From assembly GCA_965552055.1 (NCBI GenBank), contig CBEVQO010000009.1, forward strand, positions 17,202 to 81,201: a stretch of DNA of 64,000 nt, given 5' to 3'. Source of the DNA: an uncultured bacterium (lineage in GTDB: Bacteria > Hydrothermota > UBA3073 > NMUJ01 > CBEVQO01). The position numbers and the translations under genes were made by a program. This document shows, piece after piece, positions 18,807 through 28,557 of this stretch. The notes below the pieces were generated by a model that had not been told where the DNA came from, did no database searches, and saw only the letters and a program-made list of their open reading frames with translations. The first letter of the stretch is position 1, and each line of letters starts with the position of its first letter.

Positions 18807-20729
18807 ATGTTAACCTTCGTATTAGCACTTGGCATACCTTATGGCGGGATTAAAAATCTATCGTTAATCGATACAAACTTCATCCAGCTTGTCCCCAGAT
18901 ACAAAGAAAAATCAACGAGAAAAATCGAAGCATACGCAAGTTACGATGAAAAATTCCTTTACATAAAGGTAAAACCCTTCTATACCGAAAATGAGCGCTT
19001 CGCCAAAACAATAGCAAGAGACGGAAACTTCGAAGGTGAAGATGCAATCTTCATAATAATCGACCCACTATGCTCGGGAAAATATTACTGGTTCGGAGTA
19101 AATTTACTTTGTACAAAACAGGATGGCAACGGAATAGAAGGAGGAGGAAGCTCAAAAGAATGGGACGCTATTTGGGATTGTGAAGTAAAACAACATAAAG
19201 ATTACTGGTACGCAATATTTAAAATACCATGGAAAGCAATAAATTTTAACTTTGAAAATAATAAGATAAGATTGAATATAGTTGTGCAAAATTACAGCAA
19301 CCATGAAACAGATTATCTTTTCGATACAGGTGCAGATATCTATAAGCCTTCGCTTTTCGGAGAATTCGAACTACTAGATTTTTCAAAAGTTAAATCAAAA
19401 TTAAAAAGCAAATCAATATTTACATTTTTACCTTATTTCTCCGGATACAAAGAAGGATACAAATACGGGATTGACACAAAAATAAGAAAAGGCAAAAATT
19501 CGCTTTGCATAGCTTATAACCTCGATTATGTGGAAGTCGAACCTGACATTGCTCAAATTTCACTATCTCCTTATGCCCAGGAATATTATCCAGAGAAAAG
19601 AAAATTCTTCACAGAAGGACTCTACCTCATACCAATGAGTGTATTTTATACAAGGAAAATAAAAACAGTGAAACTCGGAATAAAAGCTTATGGCTCAATA
19701 CAAAATTTCAGATATAACATTATGGGGGTATCAGAGCTCGAAGATACCAATAATTTCTTTGTCGGTATAGTTTCCAGCAAGAAAGGAAATCTATATCAAT
19801 CTTTCGGAATAGTTAATAAAGATTTTGATAATTATTGTTTTGTCTTCACCCAAATAAATTATAATTTCAGCAAAGAATACTATTATTCTTTGAATTTCTC
19901 TTCCAATTTAATAATTGAAGATACAGCAATTTCTCTAATAAAAGGTTCAAAGATTTTACAGTTCTTCGGTTATAAAAAGCCAACATACTGGGGGAACTTT
20001 TGTTTATTTTATGATGGTAAAATGTCAATGCCGAGATATGCATTTGGATATATAATTGATTATAAATCTTACGGTGCTTCCTGGTTCAACTGGTTTAATG
20101 TTTACCCTGATATATTAAAAGAAATAAATGGATACTGGAATCTTTACTTTTCTATTGTTGAAGATACACTCCGCTCATTTTCTTTTTCAACTCGTCCAAC
20201 TTTTGTAATATCCGATTATCTTTGCACTTACTTTGGTGCTGTTTACTCTAAAGATGAATTTTGGGAATGGGAGGAAATTTCATCATGGTTTGGCTTATCG
20301 ATGGGCAAAGAGTATGGTGCAAGTATGAGCATCAAAATAGGCAAAGCAGGTGAAACTAGTAAAAAATTAGAGCAATTGTATTCTTATAACGGAAAAGTAT
20401 TTGCAAATTTAAAAAGGATGAGATATAATCTGGGATTCGAAAAATCTATGTCAACATATCTTGCAAAACCTTTTATCTGCTTATACACCAGTGCGAAAAT
20501 AAATCTTACAAACTGGATTAGATTGAGATTATTCGGGGAATATTATGAGAAACAATATAAGTGGCAGGAAGAGCTACAAAAAATTTTATCACTAAATATG
20601 CTAATCGGGATAGAAAAATTACCATTTAAATTTTATCTGGTACTTAATGGAGATTATGATTTTGCTACAAAAGAATGGGAAAAAGAATTTTATCTTAAAT
20701 TAAAATATTTATTTGAACTGGAAAAATGA
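18807..20729 (+). CDS. carbohydrate-binding family 9-like / DUF5916-type outer membrane protein
   Basis: YDEKFLY, DAIFIIIDP..YYWFGVN, WDAIW..FKIPW, YPEKRKFFTEG, FYTRKI; aromatic beta-rich C-terminus. Confidence 0.75.
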   Translation: MLTFVLALGIPYGGIKNLSLIDTNFIQLVPRYKEKSTRKIEAYASYDEKFLYIKVKPFYTENERFAKTIARDGNFEGEDAIFIIIDPLCSGKYYWFGVNLLCTKQDGNGIEGGGSSKEWDAIWDCEVKQHKDYWYAIFKIPWKAINFNFENNKIRLNIVVQNYSNHETDYLFDTGADIYKPSLFGEFELLDFSKVKSKLKSKSIFTFLPYFSGYKEGYKYGIDTKIRKGKNSLCIAYNLDYVEVEPDIAQISLSPYAQEYYPEKRKFFTEGLYLIPMSVFYTRKIKTVKLGIKAYGSIQNFRYNIMGVSELEDTNNFFVGIVSSKKGNLYQSFGIVNKDFDNYCFVFTQINYNFSKEYYYSLNFSSNLIIEDTAISLIKGSKILQFFGYKKPTYWGNFCLFYDGKMSMPRYAFGYIIDYKSYGASWFNWFNVYPDILKEINGYWNLYFSIVEDTLRSFSFSTRPTFVISDYLCTYFGAVYSKDEFWEWEEISSWFGLSMGKEYGASMSIKIGKAGETSKKLEQLYSYNGKVFANLKRMRYNLGFEKSMSTYLAKPFICLYTSAKINLTNWIRLRLFGEYYEKQYKWQEELQKILSLNMLIGIEKLPFKFYLVLNGDYDFATKEWEKEFYLKLKYLFELEK

Positions 20730-21418
20730 TTGCGATTTTGTTTTTTATTTGCAAAATATTTGCACCGGCATACACAGAGACACTGATTTTTGATACCAGA
20801 GAAATAGAGGAAGTAAAATTAGTAATCAATGGGGTATTAAAAATAAAAACCTATGAAGATGATTTTATTAAAGGTGAAATCCAAGTATTCACATTTGGAG
20901 AAAAACCAGCAAAACCCAAAATTATCCAAAGGAAAAAAGGCAAAAAGCTGATAATAAAAATGGATATAGAAAGAGTTAAAAATCAATCGCTTCACGCAAA
21001 TCTCACTATACCGAAATCTTTAAAAACAATAGATATACAGATGGAAGGAGTAATAGAAATCGATAGCGGACAAGAATCTCAAGCCAATTTGTTCTGCAAC
21101 ATTAAAAAAGGAGGAGTTGTATCAGTGAATGGGATGGCATTTAAAAGAATGAAAATCAAAATGGATGAAGGAATACTAACTTTCACATCAAAAAGTATTA
21201 GAAAAAATTTTAAATTCGATGCAAAATTAAATTTTGGATATGTTAAGATAGATCTACCTGATGATAAAGAAGTTGCGATTTTCTTAAAAGGAGAGCCAGG
21301 TCGAATTCATAGCGATTTCCCTATACACAGTTTCGAAGAGATAGGAAAGATAAAGAAAAGATGCAAAATTCTACTCGAAATAAAATCGGGCATCGTAACT
21401 TGCTATCGCTCGCATTGA
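20726..21418 (+). CDS. DUF4097-like exported protein
   Basis: Signal peptide; similar layout to 9405..10181 (IKGEI, IPKSLK, IHSDFPI); stop lies within a right-end motif. Confidence 0.6.
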   Translation: MIAILFFICKIFAPAYTETLIFDTREIEEVKLVINGVLKIKTYEDDFIKGEIQVFTFGEKPAKPKIIQRKKGKKLIIKMDIERVKNQSLHANLTIPKSLKTIDIQMEGVIEIDSGQESQANLFCNIKKGGVVSVNGMAFKRMKIKMDEGILTFTSKSIRKNFKFDAKLNFGYVKIDLPDDKEVAIFLKGEPGRIHSDFPIHSFEEIGKIKKRCKILLEIKSGIVTCYRSH

Positions 21419-21430
21419 AAATTTTTAATA
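21401..21430 (+). repeat. isolated right-end motif of dispersed element
   Basis: GCTATCGCTCGCATTGAAAATTTTTAATA. Confidence 0.65.
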
Positions 21431-21435
21431 CAAAA

Positions 21436-21818
21436 TTATTTTAATAAGTTCAAAATTGCAGTAATTAAAGTGCCAACTATTCCTGATATTGCACCTATCA
21501 ATAGCCACATTAATTTGTCAATCCTTCTGTTTGTTTCATCTATCCTCTTGTTAGTTTCCGCTGTCTTTTCATCTATCCTCTTGTTAGTTTCTGCTATCTT
21601 TTCATCTATCCTCATGTTTAATTCACTTATCGCTTTCTGGAACTCTTCTTTAGTCACAAATTTATCCAGTTTCTCTTCTATTCTTATCACTCTACCTGCT
21701 GTACTTAACTCAAATTTCCTGAACATATCCTCTTCCATCATTGCCTCGGTTGGAATTTTTTCACTGCTTTCCTTACCGCTTCTTCCAGTTTCTCTTTCTC
21801 AATTTTTGCTTCAGCCAT
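21436..21818 (-). pseudogene. coiled-coil protein with C-terminal TM anchor, frameshifted at an A6 run
   Basis: ATG 21818 with RBS AAGGAGG; one extra base at 21756-21761 would join it to ORF 21436..21741; 33-bp IDEKxAETNKR repeats. Confidence 0.6.
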
Positions 21819-21892
21819 CTTCCCCTCCTTTATAAATATTAATCATGCTTACAATTTGTCAATAAATTTTATAAATTTTTTACAATCTTTAT

Positions 21893-21957
21893 CCGCTCCC
21901 TTACTCATTTCACCTTACCCATGTGTAATAAACTCCACTTGCATTAAAATTTTAATT
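21893..21957 (+). repeat. degenerate copy of dispersed element
   Basis: CCGCTCCC..CACCTTACCCATGTGTAATAAACTC..TTGCATTAAAATTTTAAT resembles copies A/B. Confidence 0.55.
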
Positions 21958-21982
21958 GACGAACTAATATTTTCAATATAAT
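21956..21982 (+). promoter_or_regulatory. promoter TTGACG-N15-TATAAT
   Basis: Direct read, upstream of RBS AAGGAGG and S41 peptidase. Confidence 0.7.
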
Positions 21983-22001
21983 ACCTCAAAAAGGAGGAAT
22001 A

Positions 22002-23819
22002 ATGACAGTTGTGTTATTCCTAAGTGCAGTTTTGTGGGGACGGGTTTTTACCACATTACCCTTAAAAGACATAACAGAGATACAGGAACTGATATCGAAT
22101 GGTCACGAGCTATACGAAAAAGGGCATCTTGACAGTGCATTTAAATGTTTCCAAAAAGCCATAAATATTGACTCTACAATCGCACTGGGATATTATGATA
22201 TAGGTTGCTTATATGCAAAAGAAGGTAAAGACAGCATTGCAATCAACTTTTTATGCAAAGCACTAAAAAAGAATATGTGCTTCGTATCATATAGATGGGC
22301 TCTATACGATGACCCAGACTGGAAAGAAATAAGAAAAAAACCAATATGGAAAAAAGTTTACGATGCTCTGGATGCAAAAATCAAAAATTTATTAACATTT
22401 GCCGATTCCGCTGGAATTTTCAAAAAAGATATATATCTTGAACTCACAGAAATATACAGCGCTAAAGGAGATACCAGCAATGCAATAAAATATTTGAAAC
22501 TGGCAATCGAACACGGATTCAATAATCCGTATGCCATAGCAGGACTAATGAGTGATACATTACAGAAAGTTGCAAAAAGTATAATCAAAGAAAAGTATAA
22601 ATGGAATGGGACGGTTGAACAGAAAATTTATGGATTAATGCTTGTGCATTCCGCAATAAAATACAACTGTGCCACACTATATCTGGCGGATTTCGATGAT
22701 TGGGACAGCGAAGTGAAAAAATATATACCACTCGTGATAAACGCAAAAACAAAATTTGAATATTACCGAATCCTCAATAAATTAGTGGCAAGTATTAACG
22801 ACGACCATACTTACATAATATATCCAAGTGATATTTATGAAAAACTCGATGCACCACCACTAAAAGTTATCGGCATAAAAGGCAAATTTTATATCGAAAA
22901 AGTATTATCAACCGAACTGGAGGAAAAAGGCATAAAACCCGGTATGGAAATAATCAAAATAAATGACATTCCTGTTTATGAATATGCAAAAGATAGCGTC
23001 TATCCATATATCCCTAAAAAACCCAAACACTCAGCAGATTGGGATTGTGCAAGAAAGTTACTTACAGGCAAAAAAGGAACAGAAATAAAATTAACATTGC
23101 GGGATTACAAAGGCAAAATACACACTTTCAAAGTAAAAAGAAACGCTAAAGATGTAGTAAAAGAGAAAGAAAAGCCATTAGTAGAAATGAAAGAATTACC
23201 TGGGGACATTATTTATTTTAATATTCGAAGAATGTGGGGAGATGTGGTAAATGAATTTTTGGAGTATTTTAAGAAATTGGACCTTGATAAAGTAAAAGGG
23301 ATGATAATAGATGTGCGAGAAAATGGCGGCGGGAACAGTGCTTTAGGTGACGAGATAATCTCTTATCTTATCGATAAGCCAGTAAAGAATTATGTAGGCG
23401 CTTATGCACCCGTTTACATTCCACAGCAAAAAGTGGAAGCAACCTATTCAACGATAATGTTGAACTACTGGAGTGGCAAAGGCAAATTAATTTTACCTGC
23501 AAAAGATAAAAGATATACAGGGCCGCTCGTTATACTTACATCACCTACAACAGCTAGTGCAGCAGAAGATTTTGTCCGTCCATTTAAGGAATCAGGGCGC
23601 GCTACTATCATCGGTATGCCGACATCAGGTGGAACAGGCAACCCATTTTATGTGTACCTGCCGGGTGGAGGAATACTGCGAGTCTGCATAAATGCAGAAC
23701 CATTCGTAGGCAAAGGAATAATGCCAGATATTTTGGTTTACCCAACACAAAAAGATATAGCAGAAGGAAAAGATACAATACTAAATAAAGCAATAGAATT
23801 CCTTAAACATAAAAAATAA
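22002..23819 (+). CDS. S41-family peptidase with TPR and PDZ-like regions, exported
   Basis: TPR helices, IIDVRENGGGNS, TASAAEDF catalytic Ser, IIGMPTSGGTG, GIMPDI. Confidence 0.9.
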   Translation: MTVVLFLSAVLWGRVFTTLPLKDITEIQELISNGHELYEKGHLDSAFKCFQKAINIDSTIALGYYDIGCLYAKEGKDSIAINFLCKALKKNMCFVSYRWALYDDPDWKEIRKKPIWKKVYDALDAKIKNLLTFADSAGIFKKDIYLELTEIYSAKGDTSNAIKYLKLAIEHGFNNPYAIAGLMSDTLQKVAKSIIKEKYKWNGTVEQKIYGLMLVHSAIKYNCATLYLADFDDWDSEVKKYIPLVINAKTKFEYYRILNKLVASINDDHTYIIYPSDIYEKLDAPPLKVIGIKGKFYIEKVLSTELEEKGIKPGMEIIKINDIPVYEYAKDSVYPYIPKKPKHSADWDCARKLLTGKKGTEIKLTLRDYKGKIHTFKVKRNAKDVVKEKEKPLVEMKELPGDIIYFNIRRMWGDVVNEFLEYFKKLDLDKVKGMIIDVRENGGGNSALGDEIISYLIDKPVKNYVGAYAPVYIPQQKVEATYSTIMLNYWSGKGKLILPAKDKRYTGPLVILTSPTTASAAEDFVRPFKESGRATIIGMPTSGGTGNPFYVYLPGGGILRVCINAEPFVGKGIMPDILVYPTQKDIAEGKDTILNKAIEFLKHKK

Positions 23820-23820
23820 T

Positions 23821-24058
23821 TAGCCCCGCCTCCGCTGTCCCCACCTTCCCGATTAAGTCAGCCCACTACTGCCCCCGCTATAACGCAATCAAAAGATAAA
23901 GCGTAACACACCAGAGTAACCCACATCACCGTAATGGGCTGACATATCAACCCATTTGGTGATGGGCTCGGCTACGCCTCGCATTAAAAATTATTAGCAA
24001 AAATCACCAAAATACCAAGGCAGTGCCTTGCTCGCTTACGCTCACATTAAAATTTTTA
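23821..24058 (+). repeat. dispersed element copy C plus second right end (24015-24058)
   Basis: Left end at 23821; GTCAGCCCA/TGGGCTGAC stem; right end GCTCGGCTACGCCTCGCATTAAAAA; near-identical to reverse complement of copy F. Confidence 0.92.
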
Positions 24059-24071
24059 ACATGCAAAAGAA

Positions 24072-24099
24072 TTGACAATTTTTTATTTTCGTTTATAAT
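24072..24099 (+). promoter_or_regulatory. promoter TTGACA-N16-TATAAT, probably leaderless
   Basis: ATGATG at 24103-24108 directly follows. Confidence 0.7.
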
Positions 24100-24102
24100 T
24101 TA

Positions 24103-26097
24103 ATGATGGAAGAACTTAAAAAAGAATTGAAAAATACTTTACCATTATTTCGTAAATTTTTTGATTTTACTCAAATTCAAAAGGAAGCTATTCCCAAGAT
24201 TTTATCTGGCAAAAATTTGCTTCTGATTTCTCCTGCTGCAAGCGGTAAGACAGAGGCTGTGATTATACCTCTGATTGAGCGTCTAAAAAGGGAAAACTGG
24301 TGTCCTTTGAGTATTCTTTATGTTACTCCAACAAGAGCACTCGTGAATGACCTTTTCAGAAGATTAAGAGAACCACTTTCTGCTATCGGCGTAAAAATAG
24401 CACGAAAAACACTCGACCACAATGAATTTAAACCAGAACAGCCTCAAGATTTACTCATAACAACACCAGAATCATTTGATTCGCTTTTGACACGCTCACC
24501 TCAATCACTTTTGAATCTCAAAGCAGTATGTCTTGATGAATTGCATTTAATAGATAATACCTATAGAGGCGATCAGTTAAGAGTTTTACTTAAAAGATTA
24601 AAGTTGCTTTGTAAAAGGGAGCTTTCTTTTTATGCTATGTCTGCAACGATTCCAGACCCCGAAAATCTTGGCAAAAGATACATCGAAGATTTTGAGGTTA
24701 TACAGATAAAGGGCGTGAAGCCACTTTCTTACTGGCTGTATCATGAAGATGATTTAAAGACAATGTCAGAAATTATGCGTATGTCAGGATATAAAAAATT
24801 AATAGCTTTTTGCAATACCAGACATCATACAGAAGAATTTTCGAGAAAATTAAGATTTTATTTTTCTGATTATAAAGTTTTCACCCATCATGCTAGTTTA
24901 TCAAAGAAAGTGCGTGAATATGTTGAATCACTTCTTCATTCACAATATCCCGTGATTTGTGTTGCTACGATGACACTTGAACTTGGAATAGATGTAGGAG
25001 ATGTTGATGCAATAATTTTATACACACCACCGCCTACTTGTAGTTCATTGCTGCAAAGATTGGGTAGAGGTAATCGCAAAGAAAATAAATTCATAGCATA
25101 TGGGGTTTATAGAAACGAATGGGAAGAAAATATTTTTAAAGTGTTGTTTGAGCTTGTAAAAAGAGGATATCTTGAAAATCCACCCTATTCTCCCTGCATT
25201 TCCGTTGCGGTGCAACAAATTTTATCCTATGTGTGTCAGAAGAAAAATAGAGGAGCAACAATAAGGTCAATAGAAAAAATTTTAGAACCACTTTCTTTAT
25301 CAAAACTTGAGATAGGCGAAATAATAGATATACTCGAGGATAACGATTTTATTTTCGAACACAGGGGAGTGTGGCTACCTACAGAGAAGCTCGAAAGGCG
25401 CCACGAAAGAGGATTTATACATTCAAATATAGAGGCATTGTTTAAGCCCTATGATATAGTTGATAAGAAAACAGGAAGGACTCTTGGGGTGCTTGAAATG
25501 TTGAGTCCGTTTTTTGTGCTGGGTGGCAAACTCTGGAGCGTTGAGAAAATTTCGGATAATCAAAAAAAGATTTATGTATCGGAGATAGAAGGGATACCTT
25601 TTAGTGGTAAAGTTTTTAAGGGTAAAGGTTGTCCTTTGTGGGATTTTTCGGTGGGTAAAGAGTTAAAGCGTACATTTTTCGGTGATATTGGGGATTACAC
25701 ACTGCCATATTTTATTGAATCAGGCAAAACCTATATTTTTCATTTCATGGGTTTGACTTATGGAGTAGTATGGGCGGATATTCTTGCGCATAAAAAAGAG
25801 TGGAATACAGCAGATGTAGAGGGAGTATGTCTTACGATAGCAGAGTCTGTTAATTTAAAAGAAATTTTTGATATTACAGAACAGGATGTTGAGTTATCAC
25901 TTACAAGATGTGAGAAATGGCTAAGAAAATATCTGGGCCTGGGTGCATATTACAAATATTTACCGAGTGGATTAAAGAAAGAAGCAATGATGCAAAGGTT
26001 TTCGATTGATAGTTTTTTAAAATTGATTAAAAGTTTTGAGTTAAAATTCGATAATAATTGCTACTGGGTTAAAAAAATGCTATTTGAGAAAGATTGA
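24103..26097 (+). CDS. Lhr-like DEAD/DEAH-box helicase (BrxHI-like)
   Basis: SPAASGKTEA, PTRALVND, TTPES, DELH, SAT, HHASLS, TLELGIDVGD, QRLGRGNR. Confidence 0.88.
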   Translation: MMEELKKELKNTLPLFRKFFDFTQIQKEAIPKILSGKNLLLISPAASGKTEAVIIPLIERLKRENWCPLSILYVTPTRALVNDLFRRLREPLSAIGVKIARKTLDHNEFKPEQPQDLLITTPESFDSLLTRSPQSLLNLKAVCLDELHLIDNTYRGDQLRVLLKRLKLLCKRELSFYAMSATIPDPENLGKRYIEDFEVIQIKGVKPLSYWLYHEDDLKTMSEIMRMSGYKKLIAFCNTRHHTEEFSRKLRFYFSDYKVFTHHASLSKKVREYVESLLHSQYPVICVATMTLELGIDVGDVDAIILYTPPPTCSSLLQRLGRGNRKENKFIAYGVYRNEWEENIFKVLFELVKRGYLENPPYSPCISVAVQQILSYVCQKKNRGATIRSIEKILEPLSLSKLEIGEIIDILEDNDFIFEHRGVWLPTEKLERRHERGFIHSNIEALFKPYDIVDKKTGRTLGVLEMLSPFFVLGGKLWSVEKISDNQKKIYVSEIEGIPFSGKVFKGKGCPLWDFSVGKELKRTFFGDIGDYTLPYFIESGKTYIFHFMGLTYGVVWADILAHKKEWNTADVEGVCLTIAESVNLKEIFDITEQDVELSLTRCEKWLRKYLGLGAYYKYLPSGLKKEAMMQRFSIDSFLKLIKSFELKFDNNCYWVKKMLFEKD

Positions 26098-26101
26098 GTT
26101 T

Positions 26102-26522
26102 TTAAAAAGTCAATTCTATTGGTTTTAATTCTCCTGTCTTTGTGTTAATTGTTAATGCCATTCCTTCGAGTGTGTGTAAACCGAGCACTTCTATATCTTC
26201 TTTTTCTCCAAAAATTACTTCGGATATTGTTTTTCCTTTTTTCGGTATTTCAAAAAGGCAAGCTCCTACATCTCTTTCTACAATTCTGCCATCTGCGGTT
26301 TTAAATTTCCTCTTATAAAGGGGTTTTATATTGAGTTTTTCGAGTTTTTCTTTTTTAATGCAGGAAAAAGTCGCCCCTGTATCAACGATTAATTCAATTT
26401 CCATGAAATTTTTGGTATTCTGGGGATTGAAGATTTTGACCTTTTCTTTTATTTTAAGTTCTTCCTTAATCTTTTTGTGCTTCAAGCCATTCTTTAAATT
26501 CTTTTCTTGCCATTTCTCCCAT
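26102..26522 (-). CDS. clan AA (retropepsin-like) aspartic protease; 5' end possibly disrupted
   Basis: LIVDTGATFS, TADG flap, VLGLHTLE; ATG GGA GAA at 26522 is out of frame with IKEKVK at 26452. Confidence 0.7.
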
Positions 26523-28460
26523 CTATAATACTTTTGCACCGGGGGTTACTTCTTTTTCTGGTGTGAGAATGACCGGGTGTTTTTCGCCTGCACATAGCAT
26601 CATTCCTTCTGATACTTCGCCGTAGATAACTTTTGGCTGTAAGTTAGCAACGATTATAATTTCTTTGCCTATTAACTGTTCAGGTTCATATTCTTTGCCG
26701 ATACCTGCAACTATCTGGCGTAATTCTTTGCCAACCCTTACTTTTAACTTTAATAATTTTTTGGTTAATCTTTCTGCTTCTTCTACTTTTCCAATTCTCA
26801 ACTCTATTTTCTTGAATTCATCGATTGTTATAAATTTTTTGCCAAGTTTTCTCTTTTCGATTTCTATTCTTTCTCTCTTGTATTTCTGGAAAAGGGGTTC
26901 TACTTCTCCGAGTTCCATTCCTGTGTGTGGTTCTATCTCTCCAATTTCGTCCCATTTAACCTGCTGTACATTTAAATAATTTCTTATTTTTTCTGCTGTG
27001 AATGGCAAAAATGGATGTAAAAAAGTACCAAGATTTGCTATAATTTTCGTGCAGGTATAAATAACTGTAGGTGTTCTTTCTGTTTTTTCCCATGGCTTTC
27101 CGTGTTCAAAATATCTGTTGCATTCTCTAACAAAATCCATCGTGTGACGCATTGCCTGACGGAATTCAAATTTATCGATATAATCACCTGCTCGCTTACT
27201 ATATTCTTTCATCTTTTCTATGATTTCATTATCTTCTGCGATGATTTTGCCCTTTTCCGGTATTTTATTGTTCAAATATCTTTTTATGAATTGAAGAGTT
27301 CTGTGGACGAAATTTCCGAGTATGTCGTTTAATTCGTTATTTTTGAGGTTGAAATCTTCCCAGCTGAAGTTTGCATCTCCTTTTTCTGGCATATTAAGTA
27401 TAAGTGTATATCTGAGTGGGTCTGGCGGGAAGCCATCCAGGTAATCGTGCAGCCATATTGCCCAGTTGCGTGATGTTGATAATTTTTGACCTTCGAGGTT
27501 CATAAATTCATTTGCAGGTATTTCTGCTGGCAGGATAAAATCTCCATGTGCCATCAGCATTGCAGGCCATACTATTGTGTGGAATACGATGTTATCTTTG
27601 CCCATGAATTGCACGAGTTTTGTGTTCTCATCTTTCCACCATTTTTCCCATTCTTTTTCGTTCCATTCTATTGTTGCAGATATGTAGCCAAGTGGTGCAT
27701 CAAACCATACATAAAGTACTTTGCCCTGTGCTTCGGGAAGGGGCACGGGCACTCCCCAGTGCAGGTCACGGGTTATGGGGCGGGGTCGCAGTTCTTTTAT
27801 CCAGTTTTTTGCAAATTCTATTACATTTGGTTTCCAGTGTTTTTTGGTGTTAAGCCATTGTGCCAGTTTATCCTTAAGCAAATCTAATCTGAAAAACCAG
27901 TGAAATGTTTGGCGTATTACGGGTGTTCCTCCGCATAGAGCGCATTTTGGTTCTTTTAGCATTGTGGGTTCGAGCCATCTACCGCATGATTCGCACTGGT
28001 CCCCTCTTGCATCTGCATCGCAGTGAGGACATTTGCCTGTTACATAGCGGTCTGGCAGGAAGCGGTCGCAGTTTTCACAGTATAATTGTTCTACTTCTTT
28101 CTTTTCAAGATATCCATTTTCGTGTAATTTTAAAAAGAATTTTTGTGAAAAATCATGATGTATCTTTTTTGATGTTCTTGAGAAATTTGTAAATTCGATT
28201 CCGAATTTTGAGAAAGCATCTTTTATTATCTTGTGATATTTATCTGCTACCCTTTTAGGTGTGGTTCCTTCTTCTTCTGCCTTTATTGTGATCTGCACTC
28301 CGTTTTCATCGGTTCCACAGATATGAATTACTTCTCTGCCTTTTAATTTTTGATATTTGAAGTAAATATCTGCTGGCAGGTATGCACCTGCTATATGTCC
28401 GATGTGAAGAGGACCATTTGCATAAGGCAAAGCACTTGTTATCAAAATCCTTTCACCCAT
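26523..28460 (-). CDS. metG: methionyl-tRNA synthetase
   Basis: LPYANGPLHIGH, Zn knuckles, YVWFDA, KLSTS, C-terminal tRNA-binding domain. Confidence 0.97.
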   Translation of the reverse strand: MGERILITSALPYANGPLHIGHIAGAYLPADIYFKYQKLKGREVIHICGTDENGVQITIKAEEEGTTPKRVADKYHKIIKDAFSKFGIEFTNFSRTSKKIHHDFSQKFFLKLHENGYLEKKEVEQLYCENCDRFLPDRYVTGKCPHCDADARGDQCESCGRWLEPTMLKEPKCALCGGTPVIRQTFHWFFRLDLLKDKLAQWLNTKKHWKPNVIEFAKNWIKELRPRPITRDLHWGVPVPLPEAQGKVLYVWFDAPLGYISATIEWNEKEWEKWWKDENTKLVQFMGKDNIVFHTIVWPAMLMAHGDFILPAEIPANEFMNLEGQKLSTSRNWAIWLHDYLDGFPPDPLRYTLILNMPEKGDANFSWEDFNLKNNELNDILGNFVHRTLQFIKRYLNNKIPEKGKIIAEDNEIIEKMKEYSKRAGDYIDKFEFRQAMRHTMDFVRECNRYFEHGKPWEKTERTPTVIYTCTKIIANLGTFLHPFLPFTAEKIRNYLNVQQVKWDEIGEIEPHTGMELGEVEPLFQKYKRERIEIEKRKLGKKFITIDEFKKIELRIGKVEEAERLTKKLLKLKVRVGKELRQIVAGIGKEYEPEQLIGKEIIIVANLQPKVIYGEVSEGMMLCAGEKHPVILTPEKEVTPGAKVL

Positions 28461-28466
28461 CCCCTA

Positions 28467-28493
28467 ATATTAATAAAATCCCAGAAAAGTCAA
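28467..28493 (-). promoter_or_regulatory. promoter TTGACT-N15-TAATAT, leaderless or near-leaderless metG
   Basis: ATG 28460 lies 6 nt after the -10 box. Confidence 0.65.
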
Positions 28494-28557
28494 GTAGATT
28501 TGAGTATTAAAAATCTCGAGCTAATGTTAAAATATCAGTTAATAAATTTTTTTCCTT

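Noticed and set aside
21535..21613. 33-bp direct repeats as a CRISPR array
   Set aside because: Contiguous repeats without spacers, in-frame coding (11 aa), no cas genes
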